Positions 1 through 10,528 of a stretch of DNA of 64,000 nucleotides are shown piece by piece. The position numbers were made by a program, and so were the translations under genes. Position 1 is the first letter of the stretch, and each line of letters opens with the position of its first letter. The stretch comes from Candidatus Bathyarchaeia archaeon. GTDB taxonomy: Archaea; Thermoproteota; Bathyarchaeia; Bathyarchaeales; Bathycorpusculaceae. The notes beneath the pieces were generated by a model, which made no database searches, was not told the origin of the DNA, and saw only the letters and a list, made by a program, of their open reading frames with translations. Where the stretch lies: the NCBI GenBank assembly GCA_038883775.1, contig JAVZLM010000002.1, positions 133,587 through 197,586 on the forward strand, given 5' to 3'.

Positions 1-612
1 GGCGCAGACATAGTCGTTGGAGAAGCTCAGCCATTGGGAAATCCCATGAATTTTGGCGGTCCCCTTCTTGGAGTATTCGCTTGTCGTGATGATATGAGTT
101 TGGTTAGGCAAATGCCTGGGCGCATAATTGGATTAACAACAACAGTAGACAATGATAGGTATGGCTTCTGCATGGCCTTACAAACCAGAGAACAACACAT
201 TAGGCGGGAAAAAGCCACATCCAACATTTGCTCCAATGAAGCCTTATGCGCTGTTGCCTCTGCAGTTTACATGGCTTTGCTTGGGCCTCAAGGCTTAAGG
301 GAACTTGGCGAAACAATTGTTTGTAAGGCTAATTATGCCATGCGCCAACTTTCAAAAATAGACGGCGTTAAAGCGCCAGTTTTCAAATCCGCCCACTTCA
401 AAGAGTTTACAGTGAATTTTGATGGGGCTGGTTTAAACGTTAAAGAGGTTCATGATGCCCTTTTGCTGCGCCAAATTCATGGAGGAAAAGACGTTTCTAA
501 AGAGTTTCCAGAGTTGGGCGAAACAGCCCTTTATTGCGTGACTGAACTCCACTCAAAAGAGGAAATTGACCGTTTAGTGGAGGCTTTAAGCGAAATTTTG
601 GCCGGAAGGTGA
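1..612 (+). CDS. gcvPA: Glycine cleavage system P protein subunit 1 (5' truncated by window edge)
   Basis: Frame open from base 1 (GADIVVGEAQPLG..FGGP); LQTREQHIRREKATSNICSNEAL signature; directly upstream of gcvPB. Confidence 0.95.
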   Translation, partial: GADIVVGEAQPLGNPMNFGGPLLGVFACRDDMSLVRQMPGRIIGLTTTVDNDRYGFCMALQTREQHIRREKATSNICSNEALCAVASAVYMALLGPQGLRELGETIVCKANYAMRQLSKIDGVKAPVFKSAHFKEFTVNFDGAGLNVKEVHDALLLRQIHGGKDVSKEFPELGETALYCVTELHSKEEIDRLVEALSEILAGR

Positions 613-616
613 AAGC

Positions 617-2158
617 ATGTTTAAACAAGCAAATTGGAACGAACCCATAATTTTCAAACTTGTAAGGGAAGGACGAAGGGGACATATTCCACCCAAATTG
701 GAGGAAGAAATTAAGAAGGTTGTAGGCGAAGCGGATGCGCTTATACCAAAGAATATGCTGCGCAAAAGTAAGCTTGGGCTTCCGGAACTTTCCGAGGTTG
801 AAGTGGTGCGTCATTTTACTCGCTTATCGGAGATGAATTTTGGGGTTGATTCTGGCTTTTACCCTCTTGGAAGCTGTACAATGAAGTATAACCCAAAAAT
901 AAACGAACAACTCGCCAATCTGCCAACCATCGCCATGCTTCATCCATACCAGGACGAAAGCACGGTGCAAGGCATCCTTGAAATCCTCTACAAACTTGAG
1001 CGCTGGCTTGCAGAGTTGACGGGCACTTATGAAGTTTGTTTGCATCCAGCCGCTGGAGCCCACGGCGAATTCTTAGGAACTTTGCTAATGCGTGCATATC
1101 ACAAAATGAATGGAGACAACGAGAAAAGAAGCGAAGTAATAGTTCCAGACTCAGCCCACGGAACAAACCCGGCAAGCGCAACCATGGCAGGCTTCAAAGT
1201 TGTTGTTGTCCCATCAGACAAGGATGGCTGCGTTAATCTGGAAGCCTTAAAGGCTGCGGTTTCCGAAAAAACAGCAGGTTTAATGCTAACAAACCCAAAC
1301 ACCCTCGGAATTTTCGAAAAGAACATTGAAGAAATAGCCAAAACCATCCACGAGGCTGGCGGACTCCTCTACTATGATGGCGCAAACCTAAATCCGCTCT
1401 TGGGCATTGTTAGACCAGGCGACATGGGCTTCGACATAGTCCACATAAACATACACAAAACCTTCAGCACACCCCACGGTGGTGGCGGTCCAGGCGCTGG
1501 ACCAGTGGGCGTTTCAGAGAAATTAGCGAAGTTTTTGCCTGTTCCCCGCATAGTTTATGATGGTGAACGTTATCGTTTAGATTACGATAAGCCCTATAGT
1601 GTTGGGAAGATTAGAAGTTTTTATGGGAATGTCGCTGTTTTGTTGAAGGCTTACGCTTACATTTTAAGTTTGGGCTTTGAGGGTTTAAGGGAAGTTGCTG
1701 AAGTTTCTGTTTTGAACGCTAATTACTTGATTAAAAAACTGAAAGGCATTAGGGGTTTAACCCTTCCGTACAATAGTGAAAAGCCAAGAAAACACGAGTG
1801 CGTATTTAGCGCTAAGCCTTTAAAAAATGAAACTGGGGTTTCAGCCCTAAACATTGCAAAACACCTTTTGGATTATGGATTGCATGCGCCAACAATCTAT
1901 TTCCCACTAATTGTTGAAGAAGCCTTAATGATCGAACCAACAGAAACCTTCGAAAAAGAGGAGCTTGACAGATTTGTTGATTCCATGCAGAAAATCTGCG
2001 AGGAAGCTTACAAGAATCCAGAAGTGGTTTTAAAAGCGCCACATAACACTGCTATTTCGCGACTGGATGAGGTTAAGGCTTCACATCCGAAAACTATGGC
2101 TTTAAGCTGGCGCATGTTCAACAAAAGAATGGACAAAAAGGTGGTTTCAGATAAATAG
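617..2158 (+). CDS. gcvPB: Glycine cleavage system P protein subunit 2
   Basis: YPLGSCTMKYNP, SAHGTNPASA and PLP-lysine motif HKTFSTPHGGGGPG. Confidence 0.95.
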   Translation: MFKQANWNEPIIFKLVREGRRGHIPPKLEEEIKKVVGEADALIPKNMLRKSKLGLPELSEVEVVRHFTRLSEMNFGVDSGFYPLGSCTMKYNPKINEQLANLPTIAMLHPYQDESTVQGILEILYKLERWLAELTGTYEVCLHPAAGAHGEFLGTLLMRAYHKMNGDNEKRSEVIVPDSAHGTNPASATMAGFKVVVVPSDKDGCVNLEALKAAVSEKTAGLMLTNPNTLGIFEKNIEEIAKTIHEAGGLLYYDGANLNPLLGIVRPGDMGFDIVHINIHKTFSTPHGGGGPGAGPVGVSEKLAKFLPVPRIVYDGERYRLDYDKPYSVGKIRSFYGNVAVLLKAYAYILSLGFEGLREVAEVSVLNANYLIKKLKGIRGLTLPYNSEKPRKHECVFSAKPLKNETGVSALNIAKHLLDYGLHAPTIYFPLIVEEALMIEPTETFEKEELDRFVDSMQKICEEAYKNPEVVLKAPHNTAISRLDEVKASHPKTMALSWRMFNKRMDKKVVSDK

Positions 2159-2213
2159 TTTATATGGCACATTAACGTTTGTTCACGAAAAGATAAATGG
2201 ATGTGTAAAAGGT

Positions 2214-2504
2214 TTGACTGAATTAGAAGATAAGGTGCGGGAAGCTGTCGGCAAAGTTGTTGACCCAGAAACTGGTTTGAGCTTCGCTGAAATGCACATG
2301 GTTAAAGATGTGAAAGAGGAAGAGCCAGGCGTTGTTAAAGTGGAGTTTATCCCTTCAAGTCCTTTCTGTCCCATAGCCTTCAAACTTGCCATGGACGTGA
2401 AAAATGCAGCAAAAACCGTTAGCGGAGTCAAAAAAGTCTCGGTTTATTGTCGTGGCCACATGATGGAGCAGCAGATTAACGAAATGGTCAACAAAGAACA
2501 ATAA
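2214..2504 (+). CDS. DUF59/SufT-like metal-sulfur cluster assembly factor
   Basis: VVDPETG and SPFCP motifs, 96 aa. Confidence 0.8.
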   Translation: MTELEDKVREAVGKVVDPETGLSFAEMHMVKDVKEEEPGVVKVEFIPSSPFCPIAFKLAMDVKNAAKTVSGVKKVSVYCRGHMMEQQINEMVNKEQ

Positions 2505-2543
2505 AAGCCTAATAGCTCTTTTTTATTTGCGAGGGTTTAGCCA

Positions 2544-3416
2544 ATGAGCGTCAAGGGAACGCATGAAATCTACTGCTGCGGCGCCCGCGTTAGAATTTCG
2601 GAAAAGGGCATAGAAGTCTTAAGCGAACCATTAATAGAATACTGCCCACTCCACGAAACCCTTTACGGAACAAAAAACATCAATGCTGAAGCTGTGCGGA
2701 AAACCGTTGAAATGAAACTGGCTGGTTTTGGCTTCTGCTGTGCAAACCGCCTTTTTAACTCGGAATCTGTCGTGGCTTATGGGGCTTCCGAAATGATGCG
2801 GGTTTGGCTTGAGAAAAAGCTTATTGACTGTGCAGTTGTTGTATGCGAAGGCGCTGGAACAGTTATAACAGCAAACGGCGAGCTTGTGCAAGCTATCGGA
2901 GCCCGTTTGACGGGCATAATCAAAACAACGCCAATAAAAGAAATTATCTCACACATCGAAAGGAACGGCGGAACAGTTTTAGATAAAGCCACAGCGCAAA
3001 TTGACCAATTTGAAGGCGTAAAAAGGGCTTCCAATTTAGGCTTTAAACGCATAGGCGTAAGCGTTACTGGCTTCCAAGCAAAAGCCATAAGCGAAATAAG
3101 AAAATTTGAAGCAAAAACGAAAGCTGAAATCCTAATCTTTTCTGTCTGCAACACATGTGTGAAAAAAGAAGACGCAAAACACATAGCTAAGGCAGATGTT
3201 GCCTGTGCAAGTGCTTCGAAAATCCTTCGAAACGAAATAGGCAGCAAAGCCCTGCTACAATTGAGCGTAACAATACCAGTCTACGCATTAACAGAAAAAG
3301 GCAAAAAACTTGTCTTAACCTATTTAGCCGAGTTTAAGGATAAACTCGTTGTTTTCAGAACAAAGAAACTCCCATACCAAACGGAAAATAGGGGTCCAAG
3401 GCTTAAGGAAAGCTGA
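2544..3416 (+). CDS. Methanogenesis marker protein 8 family (DUF2099)
   Basis: EPLIEYCPL, FGFC, YGASE, DCAVVVCEGAGTVI, LVQAIGARLTGIIKTTPI, ACASK-like pattern. Confidence 0.8.
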   Translation: MSVKGTHEIYCCGARVRISEKGIEVLSEPLIEYCPLHETLYGTKNINAEAVRKTVEMKLAGFGFCCANRLFNSESVVAYGASEMMRVWLEKKLIDCAVVVCEGAGTVITANGELVQAIGARLTGIIKTTPIKEIISHIERNGGTVLDKATAQIDQFEGVKRASNLGFKRIGVSVTGFQAKAISEIRKFEAKTKAEILIFSVCNTCVKKEDAKHIAKADVACASASKILRNEIGSKALLQLSVTIPVYALTEKGKKLVLTYLAEFKDKLVVFRTKKLPYQTENRGPRLKES

Positions 3417-3469
3417 AAAATGCGGGAGTTTGGTTGATGCTTCTGTATACGGAAGGCAAATAGCAGAAA

Positions 3470-4099
3470 TCACCAAGAGCCTGGAATGTACTCTCTTAAC
3501 CTAAATTTTACTCCTAATTTTTTGGCGATTTCCTCAACCTTTGAAATTTCAACTTCTGGTATGGCTACTGCTGTGATTTCTGTTTCAAAGTTTCCCTTTG
3601 CTTTTTCCAAAAATTCTAAAATGCTTTCAAAGGCATTTTCATAAGCTGGTTTGCAAATTTGATTGTATATTTCTTTGTTGTGAGCATTCAAGCTGACGCT
3701 TATTCTGTTCACGCCAGCCTCCTTTAATTCATTAAGCAAGTCTCGTTCTTTGTTAATTAGGAAGCCTTGCCCATTAGTGTCTATTCTAATGCTAATGGGC
3801 TTACCGTAATAACGCCTTATCCATCTACAGACTTCTAAAAGGCAAGCCAATCGCTCTAAGGGTTCGCCGAAACCGCAGAAGACAATTTCGCTCCAATTTT
3901 TTAAATTTATAATGTTCTGAAGTTCGCTTATTATTTCGCTGGTTGAAGGCTCTCTTGATAGTTTGAGGTTGAAATCACCCACACCATTCTTAAAATTTCT
4001 TATGCAGAAATAGCAGTTGTTAGAGCACTTATTAGTTATGTTTAGATAGAGTTTGTTTCCAAGCCAGTAAACGGTTCTCGGAGTTTTCTGAATAGGCAT
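3470..4099 (-). CDS. Radical SAM protein, TatD-associated family
   Basis: LYLNITNKCSNNCYFCIR (CxxxCxxC), EIVFCGFGEP, IRIDTNG. Confidence 0.85.
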   Translation of the reverse strand: MPIQKTPRTVYWLGNKLYLNITNKCSNNCYFCIRNFKNGVGDFNLKLSREPSTSEIISELQNIINLKNWSEIVFCGFGEPLERLACLLEVCRWIRRYYGKPISIRIDTNGQGFLINKERDLLNELKEAGVNRISVSLNAHNKEIYNQICKPAYENAFESILEFLEKAKGNFETEITAVAIPEVEISKVEEIAKKLGVKFRLREYIPGSW

Positions 4100-4170
4100 T
4101 TTGGCTCACTTTATGAAAGGATTTAAATGCTAATTGTGGTTTTATGGTTTTGTTATTACGAGGAGAAATC

Positions 4171-5796
4171 ATGGTTAAATACATATTTGTTACGGGCGGC
4201 GTGTTAAGCTCTGTTGGCAAGGGCATTGTAACCTCTTCTATTGGCAAGATGCTTCAAGCAAGAGGCTTAAAGGTTACTGCTGTAAAAATTGACCCTTACG
4301 TGAATGTCGACGCTGGAACAATGAACCCTTACATGCACGGCGAAGTGTACGTGACAGATGATGGCGGCGAAACAGACCTTGATTTGGGTTGGTATGAGCG
4401 TTTTCTTGACTTAAACTTAAAAAAAGATAATAACATCACCACAGGCTTGGTTTATAGGGCAGTCATCGAAAAAGAGCGCCGAGGCGACTTTCTTGGAAGA
4501 TGCGTCCAAATCGTGCCCCATGTGACAAATGAGATTAAACATCGCATCCGCGCTGTGGCAAAATCCTCAAACGTTGACGTGGTTTTGACAGAAGTCGGCG
4601 GCACAGTTGGAGACATTGAGGGCTTACCCTTCCTTGAAGCTATTCGCCAAATGCGCTTAGAAGAGGGTTTCGAAAACACATTGTACGTGCACGTAGCCTT
4701 AGTTCCCATTTTGGATGTTACCAAAGAGATGAAAACCAAGCCTTTACAGCATAGCGTCAATGAGTTGAGGCGTATAGGTATTCAGCCAGACATTATTGTG
4801 GCACGCTGTTCTGAAATGATCGACGCTGAATCTTTAAGGAAAATAGCCTTGTTTGGAACGATTCCAGAAAATGCGGTCTTCTGCTCCTACAATGTAGAAT
4901 CAATTTATCAGGTTCCGTTAATTTTGGATGAGCAGGGAATGGGCAACTTCATATGCAAAAGACTTGGCTTTTCGGAAACCAAACCAGATTTTAAAAATTG
5001 GAAAGAATTCGTAGACGCCGTAACAAAGCCAAAACATGAAGTGCGAATAGCCCTTGTTGGAAAGTATGCTGGATTAGCAGACAGTTACGTAAGCATGAAT
5101 GAAGCCCTTCGCCATGGAGGCGCAGTATGCAAAACAAAAGTTTTGATAGAATACATTGAAGCTGAAAGGTTTGAAGAACACCCAGAAAAACTTGAAACTC
5201 TTAAAAGTTTTGACGGAATTTTTGTGCCTTACGGTTTTGGTCCAAGGGGCACCGAAGGAAAAATTATGGCAATAAAATTTGCAAGAGAAAACAACATTCC
5301 ATTTCTTGGAATATGCTACGGCTTTCAGTTGGCAGTTGTGGAGTTTGCAAGAAACGTCTGCGGCTTAAAAGAGGCAAACAGCACAGAAATAAACCCCAAC
5401 TCGCCCCACCCAGTAATCGACTTAATGCCAGAACAAAGAGGAATAGAAATTAAAGGGGCTACCATGCGTTTGGGCGCCCACAAAATAATTATAAAGCCAA
5501 ACACAATGGCTTATACACTTTATAAAAGTGAAGAAATTTATGAGCGCCACCGCCACAGGTTTGAGGTAAATCTTGACTATTTGGAAAAGTTTGAAAAGAA
5601 CGGCTTAGTGTTTTCTGGAAAAAGCGTGGATGCTAGAAGAATGGAAATTTTGGAATTGCCAGACCACTACTTCTTTTTCGCTTCACAATTTCACGGAGAA
5701 TTCAAAAGCCGCCCTGGAAGACCAGACCCAGAATACTATGGCTTTATAAAAGCATGCTTAGACAAAAAGTTGGGTAAGGCTAAACCAGAATTTTAG
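4171..5796 (+). CDS. pyrG: CTP synthase
   Basis: [32 protein letters not shown] nucleophile, [15 protein letters not shown]; ATG at 4171 follows GGAG SD. Confidence 0.97.
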   Translation: MVKYIFVTGGVLSSVGKGIVTSSIGKMLQARGLKVTAVKIDPYVNVDAGTMNPYMHGEVYVTDDGGETDLDLGWYERFLDLNLKKDNNITTGLVYRAVIEKERRGDFLGRCVQIVPHVTNEIKHRIRAVAKSSNVDVVLTEVGGTVGDIEGLPFLEAIRQMRLEEGFENTLYVHVALVPILDVTKEMKTKPLQHSVNELRRIGIQPDIIVARCSEMIDAESLRKIALFGTIPENAVFCSYNVESIYQVPLILDEQGMGNFICKRLGFSETKPDFKNWKEFVDAVTKPKHEVRIALVGKYAGLADSYVSMNEALRHGGAVCKTKVLIEYIEAERFEEHPEKLETLKSFDGIFVPYGFGPRGTEGKIMAIKFARENNIPFLGICYGFQLAVVEFARNVCGLKEANSTEINPNSPHPVIDLMPEQRGIEIKGATMRLGAHKIIIKPNTMAYTLYKSEEIYERHRHRFEVNLDYLEKFEKNGLVFSGKSVDARRMEILELPDHYFFFASQFHGEFKSRPGRPDPEYYGFIKACLDKKLGKAKPEF

Positions 5797-6224
5797 TATG
5801 CACGTTTGTGAGGTCTGACGAGTTCTTCGAGTATGGATAGTAGGGTTGGCACTTTTGTTACTATGTCTGTAAAGGTTACTATTCCAACAATTTTCTCATC
5901 ACTCATAACTGGAAGCCGTTTAACCTTCTTTTTCGCCATTAGTTTGGCTGCTTCCTCTATGGTGGCTGTTTCGTTTATTGTTGTAACTGGGCTTGTCATG
6001 ATGTGTCTTGCTGTGAGCGTTTCTGGCGCAAGGCATGGTTCCACAAGCCTTCTTAGTATGTCGCGTTCTGTTATGATGCCTACTGGTCTTTCGCCCTGCA
6101 CAACTATTATGGAGCCTATGTTAAACTTGTTCATTGTGGCAACCACTTCCTTGACGGTTGTGTCTGGGCGCACAACTTTCACTTCTTTTGACATTACGTC
6201 TCTGACGAGGATTATGCTTGCCAT
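5793..6224 (-). CDS. Tandem CBS-domain protein
   Basis: VRDVMS...VGIITERDI...HIMT...KRLPV...VGIVTFTDI. Confidence 0.9.
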   Translation of the reverse strand: MASIILVRDVMSKEVKVVRPDTTVKEVVATMNKFNIGSIIVVQGERPVGIITERDILRRLVEPCLAPETLTARHIMTSPVTTINETATIEEAAKLMAKKKVKRLPVMSDEKIVGIVTFTDIVTKVPTLLSILEELVRPHKRAY

Positions 6225-6339
6225 CCAATTTTACGCTCCAAGCCTTCCCTAACCATTAAAGAAGCTTTCCTTTATTTGTTTTGGTATATAGCGGATTTTC
6301 CAAAATGCATATTAGAAAACTTGAGCTTTATAAAAAAGC

Positions 6340-7125
6340 ATGAGCCAGTGGATTAAGAAGCTTTTCGTTAAAAATTCCGACCTTTTCCTAAAGTTTTTAG
6401 ATGAGAGGTGGTCTCGAACTGAGGAAGTTGTAGATGGCATGGTTAACGTGCTAAATAGTTTTGGCATCACTACGGGCAATTTGCTTGATTTGTGTTGTGG
6501 AAATGGGCGAATTTCCATATGTATAGCTAAGAGAGGATTTAGGGCTGTGGGAGTGGACATTTCTAAGGCTTTTTTGGAAGATGCAAAAAGGAAGGCTGCG
6601 GAGAATAAAGTTTCAAACATGGTGACCTTCTTAGAGGGTGATGTAAGAAAGCTTAAAGAAGTTGTTGGAAAAATTCAACAGCCCTTTGATGTTGTTGTTA
6701 ATGCTTGGACCTCGATTGGCTATTTCTCCCCAAAAGATGAGCTTAAAATTTTTAAGCAGGCAAGGGAACTTTCGAAAGAAAATGCTGTATTGCTTATAGC
6801 TGAGACCATGCATACTGAGTTTTTAGCCGTTAAATTTGCTCCCACAAGTTACGGAGAAGTGGATAATATATTGCTGTTAGAAAGCAGAAAATACGACCAA
6901 ACTACATCACAATTGAAGACGGTCTGGACCTTTTACAAAAAATGCGGAGAAAATTTAGAGTTTATTGACAGAGTGGAATATGAAATCCATGTTTACAGCC
7001 CAAGCGAACTCTCAGCACTTCTTAGAAAAGCTGGATGGGAACCCATAGCATTTTATGGAAGCTTTACAACCCTTCAGCCAATGAGCCCGCTGACAAGTTT
7101 GAATTTGGTGGCTAAGGCAAAATGA
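6340..7125 (+). CDS. Class I SAM-dependent methyltransferase
   Basis: LLDLCCGNGR motif I, GVDIS, EGDVR, FDVVVN..TSIGY. Confidence 0.88.
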   Translation: MSQWIKKLFVKNSDLFLKFLDERWSRTEEVVDGMVNVLNSFGITTGNLLDLCCGNGRISICIAKRGFRAVGVDISKAFLEDAKRKAAENKVSNMVTFLEGDVRKLKEVVGKIQQPFDVVVNAWTSIGYFSPKDELKIFKQARELSKENAVLLIAETMHTEFLAVKFAPTSYGEVDNILLLESRKYDQTTSQLKTVWTFYKKCGENLEFIDRVEYEIHVYSPSELSALLRKAGWEPIAFYGSFTTLQPMSPLTSLNLVAKAK

Positions 7126-7631
7126 ATGAAGGCAATTCGGCAACTATTGAAAGTTTTCGCAGCCGCTTGGAAAATGCTAAAAGTTATGGGGAAGTTTGGG
7201 AAATCGTCAAAGACACGGTATACTTCTCATTGCATAGGCGGAGAGGCGGAATGATGCTTTTTCTTGATGACCTGCCAATTCAACTGGGCGCCTATCATCC
7301 CTTCGGAACAAACAATATTGTTTTAAACAGGCGCCTAATTCAGATAGTGGAAGCTGCGCTAAAGTCGAAGCGCGTTGTCAATGCCCTAATTTATAATTTA
7401 TTGTTGCACGAGTATTTGCATGCTTTGGGCGAATTTTCAGAAGTTCAAGTTAGGGAGCTGGTTTATGAAATTGCAAAGAAATGTTTCGGGGAAGATTACA
7501 TAGCCTCTCTTATTGCGAAGAAGTCTCCTTGGGCTCTGCTTAAGGGAATTCCGTTGGAGGCTGTTGATGTTCCAAGGCGAGTTATGGAAATAGTTAAAGA
7601 CTTTGAGAAAACAGACAATTATATAGTTTAG
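7122..7631 (+). CDS. Hypothetical protein with HExxH zincin-like motif
   Basis: LLHEYLHALG; start overlaps the stop of the methyltransferase. Confidence 0.65.
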   Translation: MNEGNSATIESFRSRLENAKSYGEVWEIVKDTVYFSLHRRRGGMMLFLDDLPIQLGAYHPFGTNNIVLNRRLIQIVEAALKSKRVVNALIYNLLLHEYLHALGEFSEVQVRELVYEIAKKCFGEDYIASLIAKKSPWALLKGIPLEAVDVPRRVMEIVKDFEKTDNYIV

Positions 7632-7654
7632 AATTTTAGCTGTTTTCAGTTGCT

Positions 7655-7682
7655 AAATTGATAGCCCTCTCTATAGATTTTT
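7655..7682 (+). repeat. Dispersed intergenic repeat, copy 1 (AAATTGATAGCCCTCTCTATAGATTTTT)
   Basis: Near-identical copy at 63736-63762; partial inverted copy at about 16656-16683. Confidence 0.55.
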
Positions 7683-7743
7683 GCTTTCATTTTGGTTAAA
7701 GGCTAAATCCTCGAATACGCCAGTTTTATGGCAGTGATTTATC

Positions 7744-8631
7744 ATGCGCACTGAAGGAATTGGGAAGTTTAAAGAAAATCCCTACGTGAAAGATGGTAAA
7801 ACATTAGTCAGCAAAATAAGCCACGTCAAAAATCTGAAAGAGGGCATATTAAAGGCTGTGGATTTGATTGGCGGCTTCAACAAAATTGTCAACAAGGGCG
7901 ATGAAATATGGCTAAAACCAAACTTTAACACTGCTGACCCGCCGCCTGCCTCAAGCGACCCGGAATTTGTGAAGGCTGTTATTGAACTCTTGTTTGAGCA
8001 TGGCGCTGGAAAAGTTATTCTCGGCGAATCTTCCATGCTTTCGCTTTCAACCAGAAAAGTTTTGACGGAAACGGGAATGATTGCGAAGGCAGAAGAGGCA
8101 GGCGCAGAACTTGTATTTTTTGATGAGGGAAAATGGGTGAAAGTGGCTACGGGTGGCAAATACCTTAAAGAGGTGAGTTTGCCAGAAAGCGCCTTAAAGG
8201 CTGAAAAACTTGTTTACGTTTGCTGCATGAAAACTCATAAGTGGGCTAAGTTCACCTTAAGCCTAAAACTTGCCGTTGGCTTTATGAAAACAAGCGAGAG
8301 AATGATGCTTCATGCAAGGCATTTGGAGGAGAAAATTGCAGATTTAAACTTAGTTGTGAATCCAAACTTGATAATTATGGATGGAAGAAAATGCTTTATA
8401 ACTGGCGGACCAGCCAACGGCGAAACACGAGAACCAAACGTTGTTTTGGCTTCTGGAGACCGCATAGCTATAGACGTTGAAGCCTTAAAAATCATTCAAA
8501 GCTATGAAGGCTCAAGCCTCACTCAAAACCCCTGGAGTTACACGCAGATTCGAAGGGCTGTGGAGTTGGGAATAGGCGTAAAAGATGAAAGTGAATATAC
8601 CGTGATCTCCGGTAAGGAATGGCAGTTTTAG
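7744..8631 (+). CDS. DUF362 family protein
   Basis: LKPNF..DP.FVKAV, GES, KTH, TLSLK, IMDG, ASGDRIAID pattern. Confidence 0.85.
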   Translation: MRTEGIGKFKENPYVKDGKTLVSKISHVKNLKEGILKAVDLIGGFNKIVNKGDEIWLKPNFNTADPPPASSDPEFVKAVIELLFEHGAGKVILGESSMLSLSTRKVLTETGMIAKAEEAGAELVFFDEGKWVKVATGGKYLKEVSLPESALKAEKLVYVCCMKTHKWAKFTLSLKLAVGFMKTSERMMLHARHLEEKIADLNLVVNPNLIIMDGRKCFITGGPANGETREPNVVLASGDRIAIDVEALKIIQSYEGSSLTQNPWSYTQIRRAVELGIGVKDESEYTVISGKEWQF

Positions 8632-8634
8632 TTT

Positions 8635-9198
8635 TCATAAACCTATTTCGTTGGCTATGCTCTTTAACCCGGTTAAGGCTATTTCAAAGAAAGCCTCTCT
8701 TGAAATGCCAATTTCCTCGCAGATTAGAATTCTTTCTCTTTCAGCTCCTCTTGCAAAATCTTTATCCTTAAACTTTTTTGCCACAGTTTCAACTTTAACG
8801 TCAGCCAACTTTTTAGAAGGCATAACGAGAGCGCATGCTACAAGCAAACCTGAAATGGCGTCGCTAGCGATTAGGGCTTTTTCCATACGGTTTTCTGGCA
8901 TAATGCCCGTGTATTTGAAATTGTGGGTTTTTATGGACTTTATCATTTCGTCTGGCAAAATTCCTTTAAGGATTTCTTCGGCTAGTAGGCTGTGTTTTTC
9001 CGGTGTTGCTTCTGTTTTTTCATAATCAATGTCATGTAATAAGCCAATTAAACCCCAAATTTCTTCGTTTTCTCCAAAATGTTTCGCAAGGTTTCGCATT
9101 ATGGCTTCAACAGCAAGCATGTGATAAACAATATTCCTTTTTGAAACATTCTTTTTAACCAAGTTAAGGGCTTCTTCTCTTGTTAACATTAGCTTCAC
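8635..9198 (-). CDS. HD-domain (HDIG-type) hydrolase
   Basis: HMLAVEAIM, GLLHDIDYE, KFKDKDFARGA. Confidence 0.88.
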   Translation of the reverse strand: MKLMLTREEALNLVKKNVSKRNIVYHMLAVEAIMRNLAKHFGENEEIWGLIGLLHDIDYEKTEATPEKHSLLAEEILKGILPDEMIKSIKTHNFKYTGIMPENRMEKALIASDAISGLLVACALVMPSKKLADVKVETVAKKFKDKDFARGAERERILICEEIGISREAFFEIALTGLKSIANEIGL

Positions 9199-9244
9199 CG
9201 AACCCTTAATTTAAACTGATTCTCTCTTATAATTTCTGTAGTCA

Positions 9245-10441
9245 TTAACTTATTGTTAATGCTTCTATATCTCTTGGGTAATACGTGAGTATTTCTGCGC
9301 CTTCATCAGTAATTAGAACAGTATCGGAATGCCGAAAACCTGCAAACCCTACTTCATATATGCCTGGCTCGCAACTCACAACCATGCCAGCCCTTAATGG
9401 TTCCAAATTCCCTATGTCTAACCATGGAGGCTCATGTCCTTCTAAACCCAATCCGTGGCCACTATGATGAAGCACTAAATGTGACAAACCAGCTTTCTTG
9501 AAGACATTTATTGTTGCCTTGTCAATTTCGCTACATTTAACTCCAGCCTTAAAAGTTTTGAAGGCGGCTTCTTGAGCCTTAACCATCACGTTAAAGTAGC
9601 GTTTCTGTTTTGATGTTGGCTTCCCAACAATCATTGTTCGCTCCAATTCGCAACTGTAACCGCCTATGTCTGCGCCAGCGCCTGTGACAACAACATCACC
9701 TTTTCTGATTATACGTTTTGTGGCGATGGAATGTGGTATGGCACTCATTTCGCCAACCTGTCCCCTAAAGCCGACGCTTACTGGAGTACTTTCACGCAGT
9801 GGCTCATATTCTGGTCCAAGAGCCTTCTTCATTATGGCTGATGCCTCATGGGAAGCCGCCAGCGCAATTTCAACATCCCACAAACCTTCGCTTGTATACT
9901 CTTGTAGTAAACTGTGAGCTAGATTTGCCCATTTGGCGCTTTCTCTTATTAGGGCTATTTCCTCTTCAGATTTTATGAGGCGCATGGAAGGAACCAAATC
10001 CTTCATGTCCACAAACTTAGCTTCACGGAGCTTTTTCGTTATTGGCGGACCCTTATAACCCCACATGGCGGCTGCCCCAGATTTGTTGTCTATGCCTATG
10101 CGCTTCTTCGCCAAACCCATCTCTTTTAAGAAATCAGCAAAATAGTCTATGGGGTGTTTTTCGCCTGGATAATCCAAATAAGTCTTCACTTCCTCAATAA
10201 TTCTTGTCTTTAATGGAACATGGTCCCTCTCAAGCAACGGTCCTAGGAAGGTAATTTTGCCATCTACGGGTATTACTAGGGCTGCTGGACGTTCTGTTGC
10301 CAAAAAAGAATAGCCCGTTAAGTAAAATATGCTTGTTGGATTTGTTAGATATAAGGCGTCAAGTTTTCGCCTAGCCAAAACTTTTCTAACACGTTCTAAA
10401 CGACGTTTGTATTCAGCTTCACTTAGCAAGAACTTTACCAT
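9245..10441 (-). CDS. M24 family Xaa-Pro peptidase / creatinase-like protein
   Basis: RLIKSEEEI, HHSGHGLGLEGHEPP, SCEPGIY, FRHSDTVLIT; some canonical metal-ligand positions diverge. Confidence 0.8.
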   Translation of the reverse strand: MVKFLLSEAEYKRRLERVRKVLARRKLDALYLTNPTSIFYLTGYSFLATERPAALVIPVDGKITFLGPLLERDHVPLKTRIIEEVKTYLDYPGEKHPIDYFADFLKEMGLAKKRIGIDNKSGAAAMWGYKGPPITKKLREAKFVDMKDLVPSMRLIKSEEEIALIRESAKWANLAHSLLQEYTSEGLWDVEIALAASHEASAIMKKALGPEYEPLRESTPVSVGFRGQVGEMSAIPHSIATKRIIRKGDVVVTGAGADIGGYSCELERTMIVGKPTSKQKRYFNVMVKAQEAAFKTFKAGVKCSEIDKATINVFKKAGLSHLVLHHSGHGLGLEGHEPPWLDIGNLEPLRAGMVVSCEPGIYEVGFAGFRHSDTVLITDEGAEILTYYPRDIEALTIS

Positions 10442-10528
10442 AACAACCCTCCAAATATTGTGAAATGGTTATTTAGCAAAGTGGATAAATGCTTTTCCAC
10501 AAATGAAATTGCAAAATGAGGTTATGCT

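Noticed and set aside
5833-6252. 139-aa plus-strand ORF and many similar antisense ORFs in the track
   Set aside because: They are exact antisense shadows of well-supported genes (here the CBS protein)
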